A DNA stretch of 64,000 bases from Octopus sinensis (Eukaryota). A program made the translations under genes and the position numbers. This document shows, one piece after another, positions 12,560-23,639 of this stretch. The DNA is taken from the NCBI RefSeq assembly GCF_006345805.1, contig NC_043011.1, positions 11,408,001 through 11,472,000 of the forward strand, read 5' to 3'. Each line of letters begins with the position of its first letter. Position 1 is the first letter of the stretch. The notes beneath the pieces are model-generated. The model did not search any database, had not been told where the DNA came from, and was given only the letters and a program-made list of their open reading frames with translations.

Positions 12560-13640
12560 TGTTATAGAGGAGATATATGGCTACCCCACACTATATAAGG
12601 CTGGATGGGAGTAGCAGGGAAGAAGATAAAGATGGTAGTGAAGGAATGCCAGAGCAAATTCTCAAGTACAAGAAGGTGAGCATAAGAGAGAATACAGATA
12701 GTGGACCAGAAGGGAAGGGTGGGTATTTTCATAAGAGTGTTAGGGAAAGTAACAGAGGGTTAGAAAAGGGGGTAGAGGTGAATGTAGTAAGTGGTGAAGA
12801 AAGGTGGCGTTATGGTTGGTGGGAAAAACCAGTATGGAGAGGGGCTAAGGTGAGAGAGAGAGAGAGAGAAAGAGAGAGTGAGTGAGAGAGAGAAATGGAT
12901 CTGGAAGGAGCATAGATCAGAAGGTAGAGGGATGATGTGCAAGGTAGAGAGAGATGTAATGGTACATAAGGGTAGCTATAGTAATTGGGGCATGATGAGA
13001 GGGCATTGAGAATGATAGCAGGTATGTTATTGACGGCAGGTATGTGATTGATGGCAGGTATGTGATTGATGGCAGGTATGTGATTGATGGCAGGTATGTG
13101 ATTGATGGCAGGTATGTGATTGACGGCAAGTATGTGATTGATGGCAGGTATGTGATTGATGGCAGGTATGTGATTGACGGCAGGTATGTGATTGATGGCA
13201 GGTATGTGATTGATGGCAGGTATGTGATTGACGGCAGGTATGTGATTGATGGCAGGTATGTGATTGATGGCAGGTAGGTGATTGACGGCAGATGTGATTG
13301 ATGGCAGGTATGTGATTGATGGCAGGTATGTGATTGATGGCAGGTATGTGATTGACGGCAGGTATGTGATTGACATGCTAAGATGGAGTATGGAAGAGGA
13401 GAGAGAGAGAGAGATAACTGAAGGCATAGAAAGGAAGAGGTCAGTGAAAATAGTGGGTGGAGGGTAGGGAGAATAATGAGAATGAGGGACGACAGTAGTT
13501 TTGGAGGGAAGAAAGAGGGTGGTAACTGGTACCACAGAGAAAGTGTGGGGTGAGTAATATGTGCTGATTCTGCTCTCAGGTGAGTACAACTGCTGAGTAG
13601 TGCCATAGATAGAGCGAAGGTGGGCAGAGTTTTTTAGGGG
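12560..13640 (-). mobile_element. Decayed purine-rich dispersed repeat, probably a Penelope-like element relic
   Basis: Homologous to 46965-47640. Broken minus-strand frames give SYAHLL..RICS and (R)G(Y)P-like segments, resembling the PLE PYSQFLRLRRICS...RGYP region. Confidence 0.45.
13017..13375 (+). repeat. 18-bp minisatellite (GGCAGGTATGTGATTGAY), about 19-20 copies
   Basis: Read directly. One unit near 13287 is 4 bp short. Confidence 0.95.
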
Positions 13641-13649
13641 GACGAGAAG

Positions 13650-14265
13650 TAGCATATAGAATCAAAAACAAAATGATTTTGGGACAACACTTTTGCTGTG
13701 GTTGGAAGGTTTTCTTGAGCACAGTGAAGGACCAATCATTTCTGTCCTTTGTCATCTCTTTCATGAGGTTCAGCATTGTGAGATCAGCCTTCCCTACTTC
13801 ATCCTATGTCTTCCTCAGCCTCCTTCTTCCATAAGTTTCATCCATTTTAACCCTTTCGTTACTGTATTTATTTTGAGATGCTCTGTGTTTCTTTCAATTA
13901 CTTTAAATATAACAAAGATTTTAGTAAAATAACTTAGTTATCATTCAGCTAGTGTTAGGAACATAAATTGTGACTAAGGTTTGGTGGAAGATTTTAATTC
14001 AAAACTTATGAAAACAAGACATTTGTACTCAGAGCCAGAGCCGGTTTCAGCCGGGTTGGTAATGAAAGGGTTAAACAACCAACACTTCTTCATGCAGCTG
14101 TCATCCTCCATACACATACGCAACCAAACCAGTGCAGACTTCTCTTTTGCACACTGCATCTGATTCCTCTTATGCATAAGTTTTCTCTCAATACTTTAGC
14201 ACTTTATCAGACACATGCACACTAACATTGCACATCCAACGGAGCAAACTAGCCTCATTTTTTTT
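13650..14265 (-). mobile_element. Old RTE 3' ORF fragment interrupted by a piggyBac MITE
   Basis: MKEMTKDRNDWSFTVLKKT resembles RTE C-terminus EEMTSDRDLWKYAVREKT. 14150-14260 aligns to 31090-31210. Confidence 0.6.
13851..14070. mobile_element. piggyBac-family MITE (220 bp)
   Basis: TTAA|CCCTTTCGTTAC ... GTAATGAAAGGG|TTAA. An inverted copy lies at 42696-42917. Confidence 0.9.
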
Positions 14266-14276
14266 CAAGTTGTTAC

Positions 14277-14668
14277 GTGGCTATGTGGTAAGTAGCTTGC
14301 TAACCAGCCACACGGTTCCGGGTTCAGTCCCACTGCGTGGCATCTTGGGCAAGTGTCTTCTGCTATAGCCTCGGGCCAACCAAAGCCTCGTGAGTGGATT
14401 TGGTAGACGGAAACTGAAAGAAGCCTGTCATATATATGTATGTGTGTGTGTGTGTGTATGTTTGTGTTTGTCCCCCTAGCATTGCTTGACAACCGATGCT
14501 GGCGTGTTTACGTCCCCATCACTTAGCGGTTCGGCAAAAGAGACCGATAGAATAAGTACTGGGCTTACAAAGAATAAGCCCCAGGGTCGATTTGCTCGAC
14601 TAAAAGGTGGTGCTCCAGCATGGCTGCAGTCAAATGACTGAAACAAGTAAAAGAGTAAAAGAGAGAGT
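14277..14668 (+). mobile_element. tRNA-derived SINE family A
   Basis: A-box-like TGGCTATGTGGT, B-box GGTTCAGTCC, central (TA/TG)n tract, 3' CAGTCAAATGACTG stem and (GTAAAAGA)n tail. 13 copies in the window. Confidence 0.9.
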
Positions 14669-14899
14669 ATTTGCATTAAGAGCCCATCTCCCACAACCAT
14701 GTAATGCTGTAGTTCATACACAAGCATCATGCAATCTACCTTTCATTCTGAGAGAGAGATTTTGTTGTCAACAGAAGAAATAGCTCTCTGAATTTTCTTC
14801 ATCTTATTCTAGCATTTGCACAAAAATTCTTGTCAAAATTCCAGAGAAAATGGAATGCTCCCACACTGCTATAGTGTGGGGTAGCCATATATGCATTTC

Positions 14900-15270
14900 T
14901 CCATCTTATTCTAGAAACTATGCTTTCAGCACATTCTCCTCCACTGCTTGTTAGGTCACCTAAATAACAGAAACTATTATGTGAGAAAGTCTACTTCCTG
15001 TATATCCTAAGTATTTATAGCTCCTGAGCATCTTCCACATACAAAACATCTACAAACATTTTCTCTGTTAACCTTCCTGTGATTCCACTGCACCTCTTGT
15101 GTGTCTATAGATTGCTTTCAGTACATTATATGGAATTCCTGCCTACACCTTTCCTACATGATAAGGAAGGCAATTTTCCTGAGGGAGATCAGTCCTGTCT
15201 GTTTTCTTGCTTTAGTCTAAGTTAACTGTAAGACCCTTTGATTCCAGGTTTTTCTTCCATATCTGGAAAT
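14900..15270 (-). mobile_element. Old RTE fragment (Cys-rich insert region)
   Basis: Visible similarity to 31430-31780. Confidence 0.55.
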
Positions 15271-15610
15271 TAAAAAAAAATTCTATTACAGATCCTACTG
15301 TGAAAATGTGATCATCAGCATATAGTAGTTCCGAAGGGCAGCCAGTCTAAATTACTCCGTATGAAGACAAACAAACAACTAGTGCACTCCTACATGTACA
15401 CTAAATCCAGCACTGTACTCATGGATGAATCTTACCTTACTAACAACACCTCTATACATGTATGGCTTGCACAAGCTATTTGTCTACCCATAGTTTCCTC
15501 AGAGACCAGACCACAGAGCGAGGGGTTATTGAAGGCTTTCTCCAGGCCAATGAATGCTGAGTACAAAGGTTTAATTTCAGTTAAATACTTCTGCAGTTAT
15601 CTTACTGGAT

Positions 15611-15991
15611 GGAAGCACTCTGTCGGTTCCGACAACAAGGGTTCCAGTTGATCCGATCAACGGAACAGCCTGCTCATGAAATTAACGTGTAAGTGGCTGA
15701 GCACTCCACAGACACGTGTACCCTTAACGTAGTTCTCGGGGATATTCAGCGTGACACAGAGAGTGACAAGGCCGGCCCTTTGAAATACAGGTACAACAGA
15801 AACAGGAAGTAAGAGTAAGAGAAAGTTGTGGTGAAAGAGTACAGCAGGGATCGCCACCATCCCCTGCCGGAGCCTCATGGAGCTTTAGGTGTTTTTGCTC
15901 AATAAACACTCACAACGCCCAGTCTGGGAATCGAAACCGCAATCCTACGACTGCGAGTCCGCTGCCCTAACCACTGGGCCATTGCACCTCC
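15611..15991 (-). mobile_element. tRNA-derived SINE family B
   Basis: Head GGAGGTGCAATGGCCCAGTGGTTAGGGCAGCGGACTCG...TTCGATTCCC. Near-identical copy at 48931-49314. Confidence 0.88.
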
Positions 15992-16330
15992 TAATCTTAC
16001 TAGGAAGATGTCAACAGTAGTACTTCTCCCTGCCTCACAATCAAACTGCATCTCATCCATTCAACCAGCTGCTCTTCTCTACTCTCCTTGTACCTATCTC
16101 CTTCCTCTTCCGTTACCCCACCCCATCCCCTACTCATTCATTACGTCTTAAGCCTCCTCATACCTCCTTGTACTCTACTACTATTTATTCTATTTTATCT
16201 TATTTCATTTTATTTCACCTTCCCTACCTGCCTAACCTCTCCTATTATCAGCATTATCCTGTTTTGTGGAGGCACATGGCCTAGTGGTTAGAGCAGCGGA
16301 ATCGCAGTATTTTATGTCCGTGTGCATATG

Positions 16331-16741
16331 TACTCTTTACTCTTTTACTTGTTTCAGTCATTTGACTGCGGCCATGCTGGAGCACCGCCTTTAATCGAGC
16401 AACTCGACCCCGGGACTTATTCTTTTTTGTAAGCCCAGTACTTATTCTATCAGTCTCTTTTGCCGAACCGCTAAGTAACGGGGATATAAACACACCAGCA
16501 TCGGTTGTCAAGTAATGCTAGGGGTACAAACACAGACACACAAGCACACACACACACACATATATATACATATATAGGACGGGCTTCTTTTCAGTTTCTG
16601 TCTACCAAATCCACTCACAAGGCTTTGGTCGGCCCGAGGCTATAGTAGAAGACACTTGCCCAAGGTTCCACGCAGTGGGACTGAACCTGGAACTGTGTGG
16701 TTGGTAAACAAGCTACTTACCACACAGCCACTCCTGTGCCT
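16331..16741 (-). mobile_element. SINE family A
   Basis: Reverse complement of the family A consensus. Confidence 0.9.
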
Positions 16742-17029
16742 GTATGTGTGTATATGTATGAATTTAATTTTTACCTATTATATGTATCTTTGGTTTTAGT
16801 CCTGCTGAAGCAGAAAGATTGACCTACTATTAACTATGATGACTATGATGACTATGGGGTTGGTTCCATTGACAGTAAGATTATGACCTGCTCATACCAA
16901 TATATTTTTGTGTATTTGTGTTTATATCTGTTTTCCAATTTACTTTCTGTTGTATAGAGGAAGAAATTCAAGGCATGTACCTCTCCAGTTCTCTCATATC
17001 GACAATCTCTTCCAGTTTTTATGAGATAT

Positions 17030-17430
17030 TACTCTCTTTTACTCTTTTACTTGTTTCAGTCATTTGACTGCGGCCATGCTGGAGCACCGCCTTCAGTCGA
17101 GCAAATCGACCCCGGGACTTATTCTTTGTAAGCCCAGTACTTATTCTATCGGTCTCTTTTGCTGAATCGCTAAGTGACGGGACGTAAACACACCAGCATC
17201 GGTTGTCAAGCAATGCTAAGGGGACAAACACAGACACACACACATACATATATATATACATATATACGACAGGCTTCTTTCAGTTTCCGTCTGCCAAATC
17301 CACTCACAAGGCATTGGTTGGCCCGGGGCTATAGCAGAAGACACTTGCCCAAGATGCCACGCAGTGGGACTGAACCCGGAACCATGTGGTTGGTTAGCAA
17401 GCTACTTACCACACAGCCACTCCTACGCCT
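17030..17430 (-). mobile_element. SINE family A
   Basis: Reverse complement of the family A consensus. Confidence 0.9.
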
Positions 17431-17449
17431 AACTGATCATGTTCCTTGA

Positions 17450-18300
17450 AGAAAATGTCTTGCTGATTGAGACCAGGTCAGGGCTGTCTGCTGCCGACTC
17501 CCCTCAACAAGTCGAGGATAGATCTTCTTGTCCTGACTGGAGAGATTGATTCCTCGACGCTGCATGTCCTGGGCATACCCGTTGGTCGGCATTCTTTTCT
17601 GAGGCCCTGTTGGAACTTGTTGAAAACGTGACCACGTGCCTTGGATTCTTTCACTAAAAGTGTAGAGGACTGGGCAGAGCACTATAGGTTGTGCAGGATG
17701 GAGGCTACTAGAGGGTGCAGAAGTGTTAGAAATGAGACTAGGTATAAATTTCGGCAGCGGGCCAAATTAGTTTGATATGCATACCTCCAGGACTTACACA
17801 ACAAGGATAGGAAGAGGTTCCTTCAGCAGTACCTGGTGAGAATGTGGAGCAGGGATGTCCAATCCCTATGCCTGCTATAGAGCTTTTCTATAGGGGAAGG
17901 CTCTACACTCTAGGCCCTGAGGTGGATCTCTCTGACTACCCATCCTCCCCCAAAGTGGATAACAGTCCTATTTTGCGGCCGTTCTCTGTCTCTGGAGACA
18001 GATGAATCCTTGCTCAGCAGTGGGTCCAGATGGACTTCGTGTTCATGCGGTTAAGTCCATGGACCCCAGTATCCTTGCCAACATGTGTATTGATTAAGTA
18101 AGTGTAAGCAAGCAACCAACCAACATGGCAAGTTCTCTTGTGCCCGACAATGCAATGTCATCAGACCTGCTCTTGCTCGTCTGCGTGGACGTCACTGTGG
18201 CCAATGCTGGTAGCCAGGTAGTTGTCGCTGGCCAGACCGCATAGGTGACAGGGTTGCTACCGCAAAGTGGTCCATCCATCAAATTGCCAGCAGTGCCATG
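17450..18300 (-). mobile_element. Heavily decayed L1/Tx1-like ORF2 fragment
   Basis: Scattered motifs in broken frames (HADE/DDIA, LWGR..LRA, KECR) in the same order as in the 7465-8427 ORF. Confidence 0.35.
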
Positions 18301-18329
18301 CAGAACAGCTATGTTCTAGGTAACTGTCA

Positions 18330-19390
18330 CACCACAAAGGGGGGTCCGGACTACAGTAAGGGGTACGAGCTGGTCAGCTGAGTTTCCGTTGTTGGCTGCC
18401 CTGTGTACACAAGCACCTACACGCGGCCACATTCGCCATTGAACAAAAACTCATCTTCTTCTGTTCTCTCATGCCCGCACTGGCCCCGACTGCACACACC
18501 TTCCCCATACTTCTCCTACCTACAACTGTCTCCCTGCCGCCTTCCAGTCCATTGTCTATGCTCTGCCACCGACGCCCGGCTACAGGCGTGGTGTCGTCCT
18601 GCACGCTCATCTGTCCCGTGGCCGATGCTGCTGTCATCCTGGTAGCTCTTCTGCCAATCATGCACAACGGCATAGTCATTACCGCTGGTCAGCTGACTGC
18701 GTTCTCTGCCATGCATCGCCTGCACTTTGCCGATCGCCCCGCACTTTCATGCTCGTCCTCGTGTATACCGCATGAATCTCGCGCTTGTCTATGTGGACGC
18801 CACCACGGCTGATACTGCCAGCTTGGCGGATCTCACTGACTGGACCATGACGTTGTGGTCACTCCTGCTGGTCGGTTGACTGTGCTCTCCGTCGTGCTGC
18901 CGTGCATCACCTGCAATTTGCTGATTGCTCCGCGTTTTTGTGCTCATGCTCATGCTTACAGCACAAAAGCTCATGCTCAGGCAGCAACAGCGTGGTTGTT
19001 CCCACTGGTTGGCTGACTGCGCTCTCCACCGTGCTTGTGTGCATCGCCTGCACTGCGCCATCAGTGATTGCTGGAAAGCATACGGCAGCCTTGGAGCTTT
19101 CGGTTTCCAGCATCTGACTCTAAATAACAAATACAACTTTGAGGATCCTCTCACCAGAGTTCACACGAACACCGTCGAAAGTCTGTGGTGACAAAGTAAA
19201 CGCCAAATGGGTGAAACACACAAGTGACATGCAAACCTCACCAGCCATCTATGTGAGTATATGTGGAGGTATGCTCACATGGGAGAGGATCTCTTCCATG
19301 CGTTCATTCAGAATGCTGGTGAACTTTACAAGCCACAGAGACAGGTAAGAATATTAATTTTATTCTGTCATTTCACTTTGTGTTACAGAC
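18330..19390 (+). mobile_element. Merlin (IS1595/ISXO2-like DDE) transposase C-terminal relic preceded by GC-rich diverged tandem repeats
   Basis: 19060-19340 translates ISDCWKAYGSLGAFGFQHLTLNNKYNFEDPLTRVHTNTVESLW*..K....SHLCEYMWRY, matching the SD.W.AY..L...H.TVNH..F.DP.TG.HTN.IE..W...YL.EF.WR pattern. TIRs not resolved. Confidence 0.8.
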
Positions 19391-20120
19391 GGGAAGCATG
19401 TGGAGAAAACGAACGGGGGGTGGGGGTGTTAGCCTTTCCGAAATTTCACAAAATTTGATTTTTCCCTCATAACTTTCAGGAAAACTGATAGGGCACAGAA
19501 AGTATGTCTATAGCCAGCTGGAGGAGGTGTCCTCCTGGGGCTACAAGCTACAGTAGCATCCACCCTTAGGGGTTAGCCATATTTAAATGGCAAATATACG
19601 TCACGATTTTCCCCAGAAATTTCTTTATAATTGTAATCTATGCTGTTTGAAAGATGTTTCTGCAAAATTTCACTAATAGATATCCATTTTCTTTAAAGTT
19701 ATGATGGAAAAAATCAGATTGCATGAATTTCTCTGATATAAATCTTTGCAGAAGGATGATTTGTTCAATCACATATATTTTTTCATTATTTTATCGTGAA
19801 TACTGTGTAGTTACAACAAAGAGTTCATTTCTTTCTTTTATTTTGTTAGGTCACTGATTTCCCATTCAGGACACCAAGAGAAATTTCAGAATAGAATACA
19901 ATGAACACGGAAAACATAACTGCGAGGTTTATTCCTCATAAATTCCAACGGTATGTAACATGAAATTTCTTTGATATTTTGGATGAATTCATGTTGTGTG
20001 TGCATCATACACAGATGTATGTGGGTGTGTGTCAAGAGAGTTTGTTGGAGGTTTGGCTGTTATTTCGGTACTCACATTTTTTGTAAATGGCGTTTCAAGA
20101 TTCCTTTTGTAGGAAAAAAA

Positions 20121-20727
20121 GGATCTTTACCTTTTGACAGCAGATTTAAAAAATAATTTTTTGTAACTAAACACTTTCAAACTTCGGACACTGGTAGAAT
20201 GTGTCATATAAAATATCTTTTACTCTTAGCGTTTTTGAGAAAAGCTTATGTTTAAGAAGTTATTTCACGTTAAAGTTGTCATCTTTCAGTAATTTCAACC
20301 AATCAATGACATGTATTCAGTTGAATAAAATTACTGCTGTTGTTTGTCAACAAGAACTTCCGGCGGCGTATATTTCGTTTGTCACTGTTATTTATGATAA
20401 ATCCTAACCCTAACACTTAAAACCCTAACCCTAAAACCTTAAAGCTAAAACCAGTACAAACGTATGAACGATGTCATAAATAACAGTGACAAACGAAATA
20501 TACACCACCGATAGTTGTTGACAAACAATGGTATTAATTTCATTCAGCTGAATACACGTCATTGATTGGTTGAAATTAACAAAATACGACAACTTTAACG
20601 TGAAATAACTTTGTAACGCTAAGAGTAAAATATATTTTATATGACACATTCTACCAGTGTCCAAAGTTTGAAGGTGCTTAGTTACAAAAATTATTTTTTA
20701 AATATGTCGGTCAAAAGGTAAAGATCC
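20121..20727. mobile_element. Foldback/MITE with ~270-bp imperfect inverted arms, GGATCTTT termini and a CCCTAA-containing centre
   Basis: Left arm ggatctttaccttttgac... matches the reverse complement of the right arm ...gtcaaaaggtaaagatcc. Confidence 0.88.
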
Positions 20728-20947
20728 AAAACAAAAAAAAAAAACTAAACACTTTGAAAATTTCCAACACTTTCAGTCGAAACTCCTCCCCACCCCTACA
20801 AATAGCTTTTTTAAAAAAAAAAAAATTCCAATATAATCGACTTCTAGGCCATATGAAACGTATATGTAAAAAAATATGTGCAGAAAAGAGTTTGTGTGAG
20901 ATTTGGCTGCTATTTCTAGCATGTGGATAGACAGCTTAAAGGCTTAT

Positions 20948-21336
20948 ACTTTTACTTGTTTCAATCATTTGACTGCGGCCATGCTGGAGCACCACATTTA
21001 GCCGAGCAAATCGACCCCGAGACTTATTCTTTTGTAAGCCCAGTACTTATTCTATCGGTCTCTTTTACCGAACCGCTAGGTGACGGGGACGTAAACACAC
21101 CAGCATCGGTTGTCAAGCAATGCTAGAGGGACAAACACAGACACACAAACATATACAAACACATACATATATATACATATATACGACGGGCTTCTTTTCA
21201 GTTTTCGTCTACCAAATCCACTCACAAGGCATTGGTCGGCCCGAGACTATAGCAGAAGACACTTGCCCAAGATGTCACGCAGTGGGACTGAACCTGGAAC
21301 CATGTGGTTGGTTAGCAAGCTACTTACCACACAGCC
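20948..21336 (-). mobile_element. SINE family A
   Basis: Inserted into the tandem unit at ggct|cgtttaatg, by comparison with the uninterrupted unit near 21705. Confidence 0.9.
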
Positions 21337-22039
21337 GTTTAATGATCTCATATTGTTTCATTTTCTGTCACCGAGTGAAATTTCAAAATGGAATACAAGG
21401 ATCTCGGAATACAACGATGAAAAATTCCGACATTTATCCCCTGGAAATTCCAACAGTATGTAACTTGAAATTTCTTTGATATTTTCTTCATTTTGTAGGT
21501 GGGGGGGAGAAACCACTTTGAAAATTTCCAACACTTTCAGTCGAAACTCCTCCCCACCCCTACAAATAGCTTTTTCCAAAAAAAAATTCCTATATAATCG
21601 ACTTCTAGGCCATATGAAGCGTATATGTAAAAAAAAATATGTGCAGAAAAGAGTTTGTGTGAGATTTGGCTGTTATTTCTAGCATGTGGATAGACTGCTT
21701 GAAGGCTCGTTTAATGCTCTCATATATTGTTTCATTTTCTGTCACCGAGTGAAATTTCAAAATGGAATAGAAGAAGGATCTTGGAATACAAAGATGAAAA
21801 AAATTCCGACATTTATCCCCTGGAAATTCCAACAGTATGTAACATGAAATTTCTTTGATATTTTCTTTATTTTGTAGGGGGGGGGTGAAAAAAAACCACT
21901 TTCGAAATTTCCACCACTTTCAGTCGAAACTCAATCCTACGAAAGCTTTTTCCAAAAAAAGGAAAGTAAGAAGAAACCAATTCCTGACGAACGTTGGTCG
22001 GAATTCAGAGAAACAGATTTGCTCAGCGCACACTTTTGG

Positions 22040-22145
22040 CAATTACGCATGCGTATCGTAAGGCGGAAGTAATCTCTACAGCATAGTGGTAGTGGTGGTG
22101 GTGGGGGTGACCAGCTGACGTCACTAAAGATGTAAACACAAAGTC
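22040..22145 (+). promoter_or_regulatory. Putative core promoter of the SV2-like gene (NRF1-like, ETS, E-box/CRE, forkhead motifs)
   Basis: TACGCATGCGTA palindrome 22044-22055, CGGAAGT 22064-22070, CAGCTG 22112-22117 overlapping TGACGTCA 22116-22123, TGTAAACA 22131-22138. Locally CpG-rich unique sequence just 5' of the first coding exon. Confidence 0.65.
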
Positions 22146-22156
22146 ATGGCCTTTAA

Positions 22157-22268
22157 ATGAATGTTCAACTGACTGAAATGGATTGGAGACACGATCAGTC
22201 TGGTAGATTAGTCGAAACGCAGAATTTGTTGGAATCGGATACAAGTGACAATGAATCTGTGACTAGTA
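22157..22268 (+). CDS. SV2: SV2/SVOP-like MFS transporter, putative coding exon 1
   Basis: MNVQLTEMDWRHDQSGRLVETQNLLESDTSDNESVTS, then A|gtatgt donor. Phase 1 matches exon 2 (A+AG = Lys). Acidic low-complexity N-terminus typical of the family, directly behind promoter motifs. Confidence 0.7.
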
Positions 22269-23161
22269 GTATGTTATTTCTTTTTTTCTTTTTTATTTCT
22301 TGGTATTTTTGTTGCGGTGGTATCATTTCAAGTCTGAAAGGGGCCAATGCAGTTTCGCATCTGTCCCTTGAAAAATGTAGTATTTTGAAAAAAACTTTTT
22401 TCGGATTCCTACTTTTTAGATGTCGGAGATTACGAATATGCAAAATATTAAAAAAAATTTCTCTCTTCTTCATTAACATTTTTGATTTTGTTTACTTTAA
22501 AGGGATCGTAGCGAATTGACGAGCATATGCAAATCAGAATTAAATACGGACAAAAACACTAAAGTGAAAAGAATTTGCGTTTTACTTGTGCTTGCCTTAA
22601 ATAATCGTAAATAATAATTTAATGTAAATTAAATAATCACGATTTTATGAGAAACAAGCAATGTTTAATAACATCAATTATGAAGTTTCATAAGGGGCTC
22701 GTTTTTCACCCCTCCCACAATTTTAAATTTTCAACTTTTTCATCCATTTATTTACGTATCTGTCTATCTATTTATCCCTGTCCGTTGAAATTCATATCTA
22801 TCTCTTTATACACATATCTATAAGCTTATGGAATTAAAAATTTTTCTGAAAAAATTATATGTGTAACAACAACAAAAAAATCACAGTATGCGGAAGTGTT
22901 TTATGATTAGCAGTGTATAACAGCACATCTGATAGTCATCTCCCATCAAGAAGGATGTACAAGTGTTCAGGTTTTGCCCAAGAAAACAACGCATCGCTCG
23001 GCACGGCAACCGAAACCCCTAACTAGCGACCGTAAGTACAACACCCCTAACCACTAGGCACGCACCTTAACACAATTATATATGTGTGTGTGGATATTTT
23101 TTAATGAAATTTTTAACAAATATGTTTCAGATGGTACAGATTCTGAATATATTGGGATTTG

Positions 23162-23579
23162 GGATCTTTTCGGTTTGAACGGCAGTTTTTCTAGCGGTGT
23201 CAAATGAAATTGTCACCCATAATTATGACCCTAGTATCGATCTATTGCATTTCAATCTGTTTTAGGGTTAGGATTAGGTTTGGGGGGAAGGGTATCTTTT
23301 TTTCTTCACAAATGTAAATAAACCCAATCTGTTTCTTAAACGAGGGACATATTCATACGGCACATAATGTTTTTTTTTACCTCAATAGACGTCAGTGATT
23401 GGTTGAAATTTCAGAAATTGAAGAAAAAAACAACAATTATCTTACAAACTATAGAATTTTCTCAATAAAGCCAAGAGAAAAAGATGTTTTATAAACACAT
23501 TCTACCAGTTTACAAAGTTTAAAATTTTTTAGTTACCTAGAAATTATGTTAAAAACTGCCGTTCAAACTGAAAAGATCC
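23162..23579. mobile_element. ~410-bp MITE with GGATCTTTTCGGTTTGAACGGCAGTTTTT TIR and 8-bp TSD
   Basis: TSD gggatttg/gagatttg. Further copies at 42040-42449 and 52258-52664. Confidence 0.9.
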
Positions 23580-23639
23580 GAGATTTGTTTTTAAAAATTT
23601 GTTTCCGAAGGTGGGGAGGAGAGTTTCTGAAAATTTATT

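Larger units (their letters stand above)
19850..21960 (+). repeat. Diverged ~380-bp tandem repeat (3-4 units) upstream of the promoter, interrupted by a foldback element and a SINE
   Basis: ttcagtcgaaac recurs at ~20773, ~21536 and ~21920. aattccaac(a/g)gtatgtaac recurs at ~19945, ~21450 and ~21830. Confidence 0.75.

Noticed and set aside
12810-13655. 281-aa and 229-aa ORFs with INHIPA/SITYLP repeats
   Set aside because: They are produced by the 18-bp minisatellite.
14265-14730. Recurrent small ORFs (MSSNARGTNT..., ...QMTETSKRVK)
   Set aside because: Chance frames within SINE family A, seen at every copy.
15920-15991. tRNA-like heads (also 49240-49314, 16270-16310 and the SINE A/C heads)
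   Set aside because: They have A/B boxes but no complete cloverleaf, and they continue into repeated SINE bodies.
16800-16874. Segment bounded by ttttag and gtaaga, a possible exon
   Set aside because: It has stops in all three frames and no link to the gene model.
19850-19949. Acceptor-ATG-donor segment (MNTENITARFIPHKFQ)
   Set aside because: It is part of the ~380-bp tandem unit, ends in phase 2 (incompatible with exon 2), and lies upstream of the promoter motifs.
20400-20440. CCCTAA repeats as an interstitial telomere
   Set aside because: Only a few degenerate units, internal to a MITE family.
22269-22519. Hydrophobic continuation of ORF 22157-22519
   Set aside because: It lies after a good GTATGT donor and is the T-rich intron start read in frame.
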